Position numbers and translations under genes: made by a program
In this document: positions 47,689 through 56,543 of the stretch, piece after piece
Layout of the letters: every line of letters starts with the position of its first letter
Numbering within the stretch: the stretch's first letter is position 1
The notes under the pieces: model-generated
What the model saw: only the letters and a program-made list of their open reading frames with translations
Databases searched by the model: none
Told to the model about the DNA's origin: nothing
Assembly (NCBI GenBank): GCA_965116885.1
Contig: OZ220741.1
Coordinates: 1,152,001-1,216,000 of the forward strand
Length of the DNA: 64,000 nucleotides
From: Candidatus Latescibacterota bacterium
GTDB lineage: Bacteria > Latescibacterota > UBA2968
Direction: 5' to 3'

Positions 47689-50055
47689 ATGTTCCGCAAC
47701 TCGAATCTAACCGTAGCATACCGAAATCTTGTGCGCTACAAAGTGTATTCTGCGATCAACATTACTGGACTGGCAATCGGCATTGCGTTTTGCATCTTGA
47801 CCTTCTTGTATGTGCGACACGAATGGTCCTTTGACGCATTCCACGAAAAAGCAGATCGAATTTATCGCGTTTACAATAGAGGAGAAGTGGGAGAAGGCGG
47901 CGATGCCTCGGCTGCTATGCCGGGTCCTCTCGGTCCAAAGTTGGCAGAAGCATTCCCCACACAAATGCAACATGTCGTGAGAATTAACACCTCTTCTCGC
48001 ACACTCCAATACGGCGACCATGCATTTCAAGAGCGCGTAATTTACGTCGATCCGGGTTTCTGGGACATCTTTTCATTTCCCCTGATAAAAGGCGACCCCG
48101 CAACAGCACTGAATAGCAAAGACGCCATCATCATATCAGAAACATCCGCTCAAAAGTTCTTCGGCAACACCGACCCAATGGGGAAATCTTTCTCTTTCAC
48201 CCGAAACTCAAAAATCCATCAAGCTCTAATCACGGGCATAGCGAAAGACATCCCCGAAACATCCAGCATTCAATTCGACTGCATCCAGTCCTATGGGAAT
48301 GTCGAAGACGCGCTCAACTCGTGGAATTACACAGGCAACACCAGCACTTACGTCTTGCTCCACGATCAGATCCGCGCCGAAGACATAGAAAAATTACTTC
48401 CGCGTTTTATAAACTGGTCGTGGCCCATCACGGGGGAAAACCAGGAACTGAAATTGCAGCCCCTTGCCGATGTGCATTTCAGTCCAAATATCCGCGCACC
48501 CGAACCCGCCACTGACCCGGCATACAGCTACATCCTGTTGTGCATCACAGCCCTGGTACTCTTTGTCGCATGCGTGAACTTTATGACCCTCGCACTGGGA
48601 CGGTCAGCCTCTCGAGCGCGGGAAATCGGCATCCGCAAAGTCGTTGGCGCACACAAGCCCCAGGTCATCGTGCAATTCCTCACAGAATCCGTGCTCTTAA
48701 GCCTCGTAGCATTTGTAATCGGACTCGCACTATCAGAACTTTTAATGCCATTGTTCAACAACCTCATGGCGCAAAAACTATCCATAGTTGCACACCTGGA
48801 TGGTCCGGCATTTGCCTCGCTAATGGGTCTAACTCTAATTGTCGGCCTCCTCGCAGGGACCTATCCAGCCTTTGTCCTGTCCGGCTTTATGCCAATTCAC
48901 GTACTCAAAGGCAGATTGAAAATTGTCAGCGCGGGATTATTCAGCCAATTTCTCGTGGTCTTCCAGATCGCGATGTCTGCGGTCCTCGTCATCAGTGCCC
49001 TCATCATGACCTCTCAACTCGACTATTTGCGGACCAAACCCCTGGGATTTGACAGCGAACATCTGATAGCCGTCAGTCGCCTCAGCAAACTGCGAGGCCT
49101 GGGACCAAAAGGCATTGAAACCTATCGAGACGCCCTCTTATCCCATCACGCAATTCTCGGTGTAACCCAGATATACCACATGATGCGCAATGGATACCAG
49201 TCGCGCGGGGCTGTGGTACATGACGGAACAACCTTAAAAGGCGTGGAGATATTCTTTGTCGATTACGACTTTGTACCAACGCTCGACATCAAATTGATCG
49301 AAGGCCGAAATTATTCACGAGAACTTGCAACAGATCCCACCGCGTCTGTAATCATCAACCAAACCCTGGCCAAACAACTGGGACCGGGACCACCCCTCGG
49401 AAAAACACTGAAATTCTTTGATGATATGACAGTAATCGGCGTGGTAAACGATTTTCATTTTCGCTCTCTCCATCACAAAATTGGCCCCGCATTCCTGAAA
49501 TGCAATCCAGAACATCAATTTAGCCGATTGCTGGTTCGGGTGCGTGCCAACGATATCCCCGGCACACTGTCATTTATGAAAGCGCAATGGGAAGCCATAA
49601 CACAGTCCTCTGGATTCCGCTATTCGTTTCTCGACGAAGGCATCGATCGCCAATACCGAACCGAAGAGCGGTGGCATCGCATGATCGGATACGGAACCCT
49701 GTTTGCCATTTTTATCGCGTGCTTGGGCGCATTTGGATTGACAGCACTCGCCGTGACCCGGCGCACCAAAGAAATCGGCATTCGCAAAATATTGGGCGCC
49801 AGCGTCACAAACGTGGTGCGCTTACTATCGCGTGAATTCGTTCTGTTGGTCGGCATAGCAAATGTACTCGCCTGGCCAGTCGCCTATTGGGCAATGAGCA
49901 AATGGCTATCGGACTTCGCGTATCGAATTGAACTGGGCATCGGAGCATTCGCGCTAGGCGGTGTACTGACACTCTTAGTCGTAATCGGAACAGTGAGCCT
50001 GCAAGCCGTGAAAGCGGCAAAAATGAACCCCGTGGAGGCATTGCGATATGAATAA
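47689..50055 (+). CDS. MacB/FtsX-type ABC permease, member 2
   Basis: Same motifs; 5' and 3' DNA closely match member 1. Confidence 0.93.
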   Translation: MFRNSNLTVAYRNLVRYKVYSAINITGLAIGIAFCILTFLYVRHEWSFDAFHEKADRIYRVYNRGEVGEGGDASAAMPGPLGPKLAEAFPTQMQHVVRINTSSRTLQYGDHAFQERVIYVDPGFWDIFSFPLIKGDPATALNSKDAIIISETSAQKFFGNTDPMGKSFSFTRNSKIHQALITGIAKDIPETSSIQFDCIQSYGNVEDALNSWNYTGNTSTYVLLHDQIRAEDIEKLLPRFINWSWPITGENQELKLQPLADVHFSPNIRAPEPATDPAYSYILLCITALVLFVACVNFMTLALGRSASRAREIGIRKVVGAHKPQVIVQFLTESVLLSLVAFVIGLALSELLMPLFNNLMAQKLSIVAHLDGPAFASLMGLTLIVGLLAGTYPAFVLSGFMPIHVLKGRLKIVSAGLFSQFLVVFQIAMSAVLVISALIMTSQLDYLRTKPLGFDSEHLIAVSRLSKLRGLGPKGIETYRDALLSHHAILGVTQIYHMMRNGYQSRGAVVHDGTTLKGVEIFFVDYDFVPTLDIKLIEGRNYSRELATDPTASVIINQTLAKQLGPGPPLGKTLKFFDDMTVIGVVNDFHFRSLHHKIGPAFLKCNPEHQFSRLLVRVRANDIPGTLSFMKAQWEAITQSSGFRYSFLDEGIDRQYRTEERWHRMIGYGTLFAIFIACLGAFGLTALAVTRRTKEIGIRKILGASVTNVVRLLSREFVLLVGIANVLAWPVAYWAMSKWLSDFAYRIELGIGAFALGGVLTLLVVIGTVSLQAVKAAKMNPVEALRYE

Positions 50056-50629
50056 ACGATCAGAAATAGAAAACGACGTACAATTGATCCACATGATCAA
50101 AGCCGGCGACAAAAGCGCGTTTGGCAAACTCTACCATCTGCACCAGAATCGCGTACGCGCCATTGTCGGGCGATATGTGCAGGACCGCGACGAAACCGAA
50201 GACCTGATGCAGGTGGTATTCATGAAAGTCTTCCAGAGCCTGCGCCATTTTCGCGGCGAATCGGCATTCACAACCTATCTGACGCGCATTGCCATCAACG
50301 TCGGGCGGTCACACCTTCGGTCCCGGCTATCCCGAAAAAACGGCATGGAAACAGCAGCGCGAGACATGCCCGAACCCATTACCCTGACAACGCCAGAAGA
50401 TAGCATCATAAAAAAAGAACGCCATCAACTCTTAACACAGGGCCTGCGCACATTGCCTAAAGTGCAACAACGCGCAATGTGGCTTCGCTACATAAAAGAA
50501 CTGTCCTACCGCGAAATCGTATGGGAAATGCAAGCACCCCTCGGCTCCGTGAAAATCTGGCTCCACCGCGGGCGCCATCAGCTAAAACGCGCGCTGGAAA
50601 AACAAGAGGTCGGAGGTTGGGCGGGCTAA
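50048..50629 (+). CDS. ECF sigma factor embedded in permease array
   Basis: GDKSAFGKLY, EDLMQVVF, FRGESAFTTYLTRIA, LSYREI...GSVKIWLHRGR. Confidence 0.9.
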   Translation: MNKRSEIENDVQLIHMIKAGDKSAFGKLYHLHQNRVRAIVGRYVQDRDETEDLMQVVFMKVFQSLRHFRGESAFTTYLTRIAINVGRSHLRSRLSRKNGMETAARDMPEPITLTTPEDSIIKKERHQLLTQGLRTLPKVQQRAMWLRYIKELSYREIVWEMQAPLGSVKIWLHRGRHQLKRALEKQEVGGWAG

Positions 50630-50657
50630 CTGCTGGGACGTCACAGGAGATAAGACC

Positions 50658-53159
50658 ATGATCAAAAATTATCTAACCGTTGCGATCCGCAATCTGATGC
50701 GGCACAAATTGTACACCTCCATCAATGTACTGGGACTCGCCATCGGGCTGGCATGTGGCATTTTGATCCTGTTGTACATCCAACAGGAATTTGCAGTAAA
50801 TCGCGCCCACACACTGGGCGACCGCATTTACAAAGTGATTCGAGAAGAGCGCAGCACACAAACAACTTACAGCAGCGGCACATCAGGCGCACTCGGTCCC
50901 GTATTAAAAGAAACATTTCCCGAAGTAGAAACAACTGTGCGTATCTGGCGATGGACTGTATCTGTACAATACGGCGAGCGCAAGGATCGATATCTCCTTG
51001 CGCTGGTAGATGACAACTTCCTGGACGTATTCGATTTTCCCCTCATAAAAGGCGACTTAGAAACCGCGTTTCGCACACCCTACTCTGTGGTCATTACCGA
51101 CGACATGGCGCAACACTTGTTTGGCGATATTGATCCGATGGGGCAAACACTTTCAATCGACAGTCGCAGTTTCCCAGGCGAGTACACAGTTACCGGCATC
51201 GTAAAAGCACCACACCTCTCATCTGGCTTTTATTTTCAAATACTCTCAACCACAATACCCTCCGTAGAAGAAACGCAAGAGGTGTGGACAATGTGGCGCC
51301 CCACGCAATCGTGGCGTCCGGTAAACACCTATGTGCTATTAAAAGTGGGACAAAACGCAGAAAGCCTACAAGCGAAAATGCAGTCGTTGATCGTGCAGTA
51401 TCTGGGGGATGAAGTCGCGGCTGAAAATAAGTCTCGTTGGCCTCATTATCCCCTTCAGCCATTGATCAAACAGCATATAGGGAATGACGTTGCCTCAAAA
51501 AACACCTACCATCTACAACCTCTGCATCGCGTGTACCTGTATGGCGAATCCGATTTTAACCCAACTGCCGACAGCCCCGTGCAACACATTTACATGCTGG
51601 CAGCTATTGGGCTGATCCTCGTGGTCATTGCCTGCGTGAACTTTACAAATCTGGCAACTGCACGCGCTGTCACCCGCAAGCGCGAAGTCGGCGTGCGAAA
51701 AGTCGTTGGCGCGCATCGTCCACAACTGATGGTCCAATTTTTGAGCGAATCCCTGCTTTTAACCTGTTCCGCCCTGCTGATTGCCCTCGCACTGGTCGAG
51801 CTATGCCTGCCCTTATTCAACCAATTCGTGCGCGGCGATCTACACCTCAACGCGGCTACAGTAATAATAGGTACACCGGCAGTACTGGCACTCACAGTGT
51901 TGGTCGGACTGCTGGCGGGATGGTATCCGGCGTTTTTCCTCTCATCCTTTCGCCCGGTAACAGCATTAAAAAGCAGTGCGTCTTCCTCCCCGGGTTCCAC
52001 AGGACTGAAGAAAGGACTCGTGGTTTTTCAGTTTGGCATGTCCATCTTACTGGTGATCTGTACCCTGGTGGTTTATCAGCAACTGAAATTTATAGAAACC
52101 AAAGACATGGGCTTTGCACGCGATCACATTGTGAGTTTACCCATTTTTGTCCCTGACTTTTCCGGAGAGCCAAACCCACAAAAACGCCTTTCAGCACGCC
52201 ACCAAATGGTCAAACAGGTCTTTCTCGAACACCCCAATATCCTCAGCGCATCGGCTCTGCGATACGAAATCACGGGATACAGCGGACGACTGCGACTCGC
52301 CTGGCCCGATGGGGACCGAACAAAAGAACAGACATTTCGCATAAACGAAGTTGATGATTCATTCTTTGAAACATTTGAAATCCCCGTGCTTCGCGGTCGT
52401 GCCTTTTCAGCCGATGTTGCCAGCGATACATCTCAGGCAATTATCTTAAACGAAACAGCCGTGCGACTCCTCGGCTGGGAGGACGACCCGATTGGCAAAC
52501 AGATTGTGTTACCAGCGTATGACAACCTATCCTTGACAGTAATAGGCGTCGTAAAAGATTACCACAATTTGACACTAAGAGAAGAAATCGCCCCCATGGG
52601 ATTTTTGGCCCGCTGGAAGATGTTTTATTCCCTGGCTTTACGCATCCGACCGGAAAACACCGCGCACACCCTGTCCTTTCTCGAAACCCAGTGGAAACAC
52701 TTTGTGCCAGACGCGCCCTTTGAGTATCACTTCCTGGACGAACTCATAGATTGGATCTATTTCAACGAACAACTCACCGGCAAAATGCTCGGGATATTCT
52801 CATTGCTGGCAATTTTTGTCGCGTGCCTGGGACTGTTCGGACTGGCCGCATTCATGGTTCAATCTCGCACCAAAGAAATTGGCGTGCGGAAAGTACTGGG
52901 CGCATCCACACCGCATCTGGTCATGCTGCTCTCCCGCGAATTTATATTCCTCGTTCTACTCGCCAATCTCATCGCCTGGCCAATCGCCTACTATCTCATG
53001 CGCGACTGGCTCTCCGGGTTTGCCTATCAGACAGATTTAAATGTCTTGCCATTTGTCGCAAGCGCGATAATGGCCCTGATCATCGCCTTTGGCACCGTGA
53101 GCATGCAAGCCATTCGCGCAGCGCGATCCAATCCAATTGATGCCTTGAGATATGAATGA
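50658..53159 (+). CDS. MacB/FtsX-type ABC permease, member 3
   Basis: Same motifs; AGGAG RBS. Confidence 0.93.
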   Translation: MIKNYLTVAIRNLMRHKLYTSINVLGLAIGLACGILILLYIQQEFAVNRAHTLGDRIYKVIREERSTQTTYSSGTSGALGPVLKETFPEVETTVRIWRWTVSVQYGERKDRYLLALVDDNFLDVFDFPLIKGDLETAFRTPYSVVITDDMAQHLFGDIDPMGQTLSIDSRSFPGEYTVTGIVKAPHLSSGFYFQILSTTIPSVEETQEVWTMWRPTQSWRPVNTYVLLKVGQNAESLQAKMQSLIVQYLGDEVAAENKSRWPHYPLQPLIKQHIGNDVASKNTYHLQPLHRVYLYGESDFNPTADSPVQHIYMLAAIGLILVVIACVNFTNLATARAVTRKREVGVRKVVGAHRPQLMVQFLSESLLLTCSALLIALALVELCLPLFNQFVRGDLHLNAATVIIGTPAVLALTVLVGLLAGWYPAFFLSSFRPVTALKSSASSSPGSTGLKKGLVVFQFGMSILLVICTLVVYQQLKFIETKDMGFARDHIVSLPIFVPDFSGEPNPQKRLSARHQMVKQVFLEHPNILSASALRYEITGYSGRLRLAWPDGDRTKEQTFRINEVDDSFFETFEIPVLRGRAFSADVASDTSQAIILNETAVRLLGWEDDPIGKQIVLPAYDNLSLTVIGVVKDYHNLTLREEIAPMGFLARWKMFYSLALRIRPENTAHTLSFLETQWKHFVPDAPFEYHFLDELIDWIYFNEQLTGKMLGIFSLLAIFVACLGLFGLAAFMVQSRTKEIGVRKVLGASTPHLVMLLSREFIFLVLLANLIAWPIAYYLMRDWLSGFAYQTDLNVLPFVASAIMALIIAFGTVSMQAIRAARSNPIDALRYE

Positions 53160-53188
53160 TCAGTTCCCGTCCTGCAAAGGAGAAACCC

Positions 53189-55513
53189 ATGTTCGGTGAA
53201 ATATCTCTACTCAGCAGCTATCTGAAAACCGCGATCCGCAACCTCGCCAGGCACCGCATTTATTCGGTCATCAACATCATCGGCATTGCCATTGGCCTCG
53301 CTTTCTGCATCCTCACCTACCTCTTTGTCCAAAACGAATGGACCTACGACACCTTTCACGAAAACGCCGACCGCATCTATCGGGTTTCTGGTACGACACC
53401 AGAACCTCTCGGACCCGCAATAGCAGAAGCATTCCCAGACATGCAGACCGTTCGTTTCAGCAGTAGCGGGGGAAAAATTGGTACAGAAGACCGCGCTTTT
53501 CAAGCAACTTTGGGTTTTGTTGATCCCAAATTTCTCGACATTTTTTCTTTTCCAGTTATTCACGGCAATCCCGCTCAAGCACTCCAGGACAAGTATTCTG
53601 TAATCATAACAGAAAAAATCGCCCTGAAATATTTCAACAACGCCAACCCCGTCGGGGAACAGCTTCCCATTCAGTACTTTGGGAAAGAAATTCAAAACTA
53701 CACCATCACGGGCATTGTAGAAAACGTGCCCAAAAACTCCACACTTCAATTTGACATACTACTGCCTTTTGAACCAAATCCCATGATGCGTGCCCCGAGC
53801 CGATGGAATGTATATTACCTGGATACGTATATGATGCTCCCTCCGAATGTATCCCCAAATAGTGTCGAACAGCAATTTCCCAGATTGACCAAGATCTGGT
53901 GGGGCGACGAGAAAGAACTCGAACTCCTGCCGATCACCCAAATGCATTTTGCTCAAAACATGGGGGTACGCAATAGCAGTAATCCCATTTATTCATACAT
54001 CCTATCGGGCATTGCACTCCTCGTGCTATTTATCGCCTGTGTCAACTTCATCACCTTAACCCTCGGACGGCAGGCAACGCGGGCGCGAGAAGTCGGCTTG
54101 CGAAAAGTCGTCGGCGCGGGGCGCATGCAGATTGCTAAACAATTTATCGGCGAATCGCTCTTACTCATCACCATCGCGCTCATCGCTGGCATTGCCATCG
54201 CAGAACTCACCTTACCAACATTCAACAACCTGGCCGGAAAATCCCTATCCATGAACGACGGCCTTAACACCACAACACTCGCCTTTCTCATTCTCCTCGT
54301 CAGCCTCGTCGGCATCACAGCAGGGGGTTATCCCGCTTTTATCTTATCCCGATTGCAGCCGACCCAAATCATAACAAGCCGATTGCAAATCAAAACGAGC
54401 AATCGTTTCGGCAAGATATTAGTCATCTTTCAGTTTGCCCTATCCATATTCTTCATCATCACCACCTTAATGATGGCCCAACAACTCACATTCTTGAGAA
54501 CCAAACCCCTGGGGTATCAAACCGAACACGTTGTCGCTATTCAGACTCAGGCACTGCAAAGAGAAGGCAAAACCCTGCCAACCGTTTTTCGGGATGCCCT
54601 GCTGTCACATCCCTCAGTCATAAGCACGACCTGGCTTGGTCACAGATTAAACAACAATATGAGTTCCCGGTCTGGTGTAACTTATGAAGGAAGTCCTACG
54701 CAATACGTTGAACGCATCTCGATTGATTACGATTTGTTCAAAACGCTCGACATGAAACTCGTTGCAGGTCGAGAATACAACAGAGAATTCCCAACAGATG
54801 CCAAAGAATCAATCCTTGTCAACGAAGCACTCGTCCAAAAACTCGGTATAGAAGACCCTGTTGGCAAAACAATCGAACATGGACGAGACAAGACCATCAT
54901 CGGAGTTGTTCAAAATTTCCACTTTCGCTCCCTGCATCACAAAATCGAACCCGCCATTCTGCCCCTCTCTACGAGTCATTGGTCCTTGTGGGTTCGCATT
55001 CACCCCGAAAACGTGCCGGGCACCATGGCTTTTATAAAAGAAAAATGGGCAGAAGTTGCCCCCAATCAGACATTCAGATTTTCATTCATCGACGAAGACT
55101 TAGACAAACAATACAAAAAAGAAGAACGCTGGAATCAAATGATCCAATACGCCACAGGATTCGCCATCTTCATCGCCACACTCGGCGCATTCGGACTGGC
55201 TGCTCTCGCCACAACCAGACGCACCAAAGAAATCGGCATTCGCAAAGTATTGGGTGCATCCCAAACGCAAATCCTGTCTCTACTCTCACGGGAATTTGTC
55301 CTCTACATCGCCCTATCGAGCCTCATCGCATTCCCCATCGCCTATTACGCGACCAATCAATGGTTACAAACCTTCGCCTACCGCACCGAGTTAGGTATTG
55401 GCGCCTTCTTACTCGGCAGCGTAGCCATGTTCCTCGTCGTAATCACAACCGTCACGACCCAGACCCTCAAAGCAGCCCGCGCAAACCCGGCGGATGCTCT
55501 GCGGGATGAGTAA
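53189..55513 (+). CDS. MacB/FtsX-type ABC permease, member 4
   Basis: Same motifs; start ATG 53189 behind AAGGAG, matching member 7. Confidence 0.93.
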   Translation: MFGEISLLSSYLKTAIRNLARHRIYSVINIIGIAIGLAFCILTYLFVQNEWTYDTFHENADRIYRVSGTTPEPLGPAIAEAFPDMQTVRFSSSGGKIGTEDRAFQATLGFVDPKFLDIFSFPVIHGNPAQALQDKYSVIITEKIALKYFNNANPVGEQLPIQYFGKEIQNYTITGIVENVPKNSTLQFDILLPFEPNPMMRAPSRWNVYYLDTYMMLPPNVSPNSVEQQFPRLTKIWWGDEKELELLPITQMHFAQNMGVRNSSNPIYSYILSGIALLVLFIACVNFITLTLGRQATRAREVGLRKVVGAGRMQIAKQFIGESLLLITIALIAGIAIAELTLPTFNNLAGKSLSMNDGLNTTTLAFLILLVSLVGITAGGYPAFILSRLQPTQIITSRLQIKTSNRFGKILVIFQFALSIFFIITTLMMAQQLTFLRTKPLGYQTEHVVAIQTQALQREGKTLPTVFRDALLSHPSVISTTWLGHRLNNNMSSRSGVTYEGSPTQYVERISIDYDLFKTLDMKLVAGREYNREFPTDAKESILVNEALVQKLGIEDPVGKTIEHGRDKTIIGVVQNFHFRSLHHKIEPAILPLSTSHWSLWVRIHPENVPGTMAFIKEKWAEVAPNQTFRFSFIDEDLDKQYKKEERWNQMIQYATGFAIFIATLGAFGLAALATTRRTKEIGIRKVLGASQTQILSLLSREFVLYIALSSLIAFPIAYYATNQWLQTFAYRTELGIGAFLLGSVAMFLVVITTVTTQTLKAARANPADALRDE

Positions 55514-55549
55514 GTCATATACTTGTTTTTTGCCCCTCGCCTGAGCATA

Positions 55550-55873
55550 CTAAACAGCAACAACTCGCTGTTGTCCCTGTCTATCCTTTGAGGGAATAAT
55601 GCGGATCTCAATATCGCGATTTAGTCGGTTGAGAAATGTCATTAATCGCGCAACGCTGTAATGATTAAAATTCCCGTTCTTTAGTCGAGATATTTCAGGT
55701 TGCTTCACGCCTAAAATATTCGCTGCCTCTGTCTGCGTCAGCTTCCGCTCTTCTATAATCTGAAACACTTCAAATCCAAGCGTTGCCTTGATAAATAATT
55801 CCTCCGCATCTGGCAAGTCCAAGTCCCTGAACACATTGCCCGAACTCTTCTCAAATTTAATTTTTCTGTTCAT
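55550..55873 (-). CDS. XRE HTH antitoxin (HigA-like)
   Basis: SSGNVF.DL, LTQ.EAA.ILGV.QP.IS.L, YSV.RLM.FL. Confidence 0.88.
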   Translation of the reverse strand: MNRKIKFEKSSGNVFRDLDLPDAEELFIKATLGFEVFQIIEERKLTQTEAANILGVKQPEISRLKNGNFNHYSVARLMTFLNRLNRDIEIRIIPSKDRQGQQRVVAV

Positions 55874-56231
55874 AATTCGCCTCCAGTTCCAGAGCCAATC
55901 TCAAACGTCTCCTGATAAGGGCGACATCCCTCTTGGAAGTTTTAATTCCACGCCTTGATTTTTTTTGAAAACAATGCAGTATATAAACCCTCTCTCCAAT
56001 TTTCACCGCATACACGGCGCGATAAGTGTCCGTTCTATAATCCGCCCGTATTTCAAAAACCCCTGAACCAACGCCCTTGAATGGTTTGGCTGCCGGAGAC
56101 ATGCTTCCCGCTTGTGCAAAAAATAAAGCGTCTCCTATATCTTTTTGAACGGACTCCGGAAATTTCTTCAACTCTGTCTTAGAATCTCCGATCCATATAG
56201 CTTCTTTTAAGTTTAATCTGTTGTAATTCAT
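55857..56231 (-). CDS. RelE/ParE-superfamily toxin (Gp49/DUF891, HigB-like)
   Basis: WIG.S...L..FP, GVFEIR, YRAVY, YILHCFQKKS; toxin precedes antitoxin. Confidence 0.88.
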   Translation of the reverse strand: MNYNRLNLKEAIWIGDSKTELKKFPESVQKDIGDALFFAQAGSMSPAAKPFKGVGSGVFEIRADYRTDTYRAVYAVKIGERVYILHCFQKKSRRGIKTSKRDVALIRRRLRLALELEANYEQKN

Positions 56232-56236
56232 AAAGA

Positions 56237-56265
56237 ATTATAGCCAAATGGATATATATTGTCAA
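56237..56265 (-). promoter_or_regulatory. Consensus sigma-70 promoter of TA operon with overlapping palindrome
   Basis: TTGACA-17nt-TATAAT exactly; TATATCC-ATTT-GGCTATA imperfect palindrome. Confidence 0.85.
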
Positions 56266-56338
56266 ATATCTTAACCTTTGTATGGAACACTAAGCATGTC
56301 CTGAAAAGGAGGTATTACAATGTGCCTGTTTTTGTTTT

Positions 56339-56460
56339 TAAGTGTTCATTTTCGGACACTACTGTATCAAAATCGGACACTTTTTGAACGGCGCTCATGG
56401 CTCAAATTTTCATAACTCCCTGTAAAACATAGAAAAGAAGTTTTTGGCACAAAAATTGCT
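56339..56460 (+). promoter_or_regulatory. Sigma-54 promoter with upstream enhancer (copy 2)
   Basis: TGGCAC-AAAAA-TTGCT at 56445-56460; 45-bp block identical to 43487-43531. Confidence 0.85.
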
Positions 56461-56543
56461 TACTATTTTCATACGTCCACTCTACCTGAATGATGAATGG
56501 CTGACCGCTGACCAATAAAGGAGAGCGAACAGGAGATAACGTC

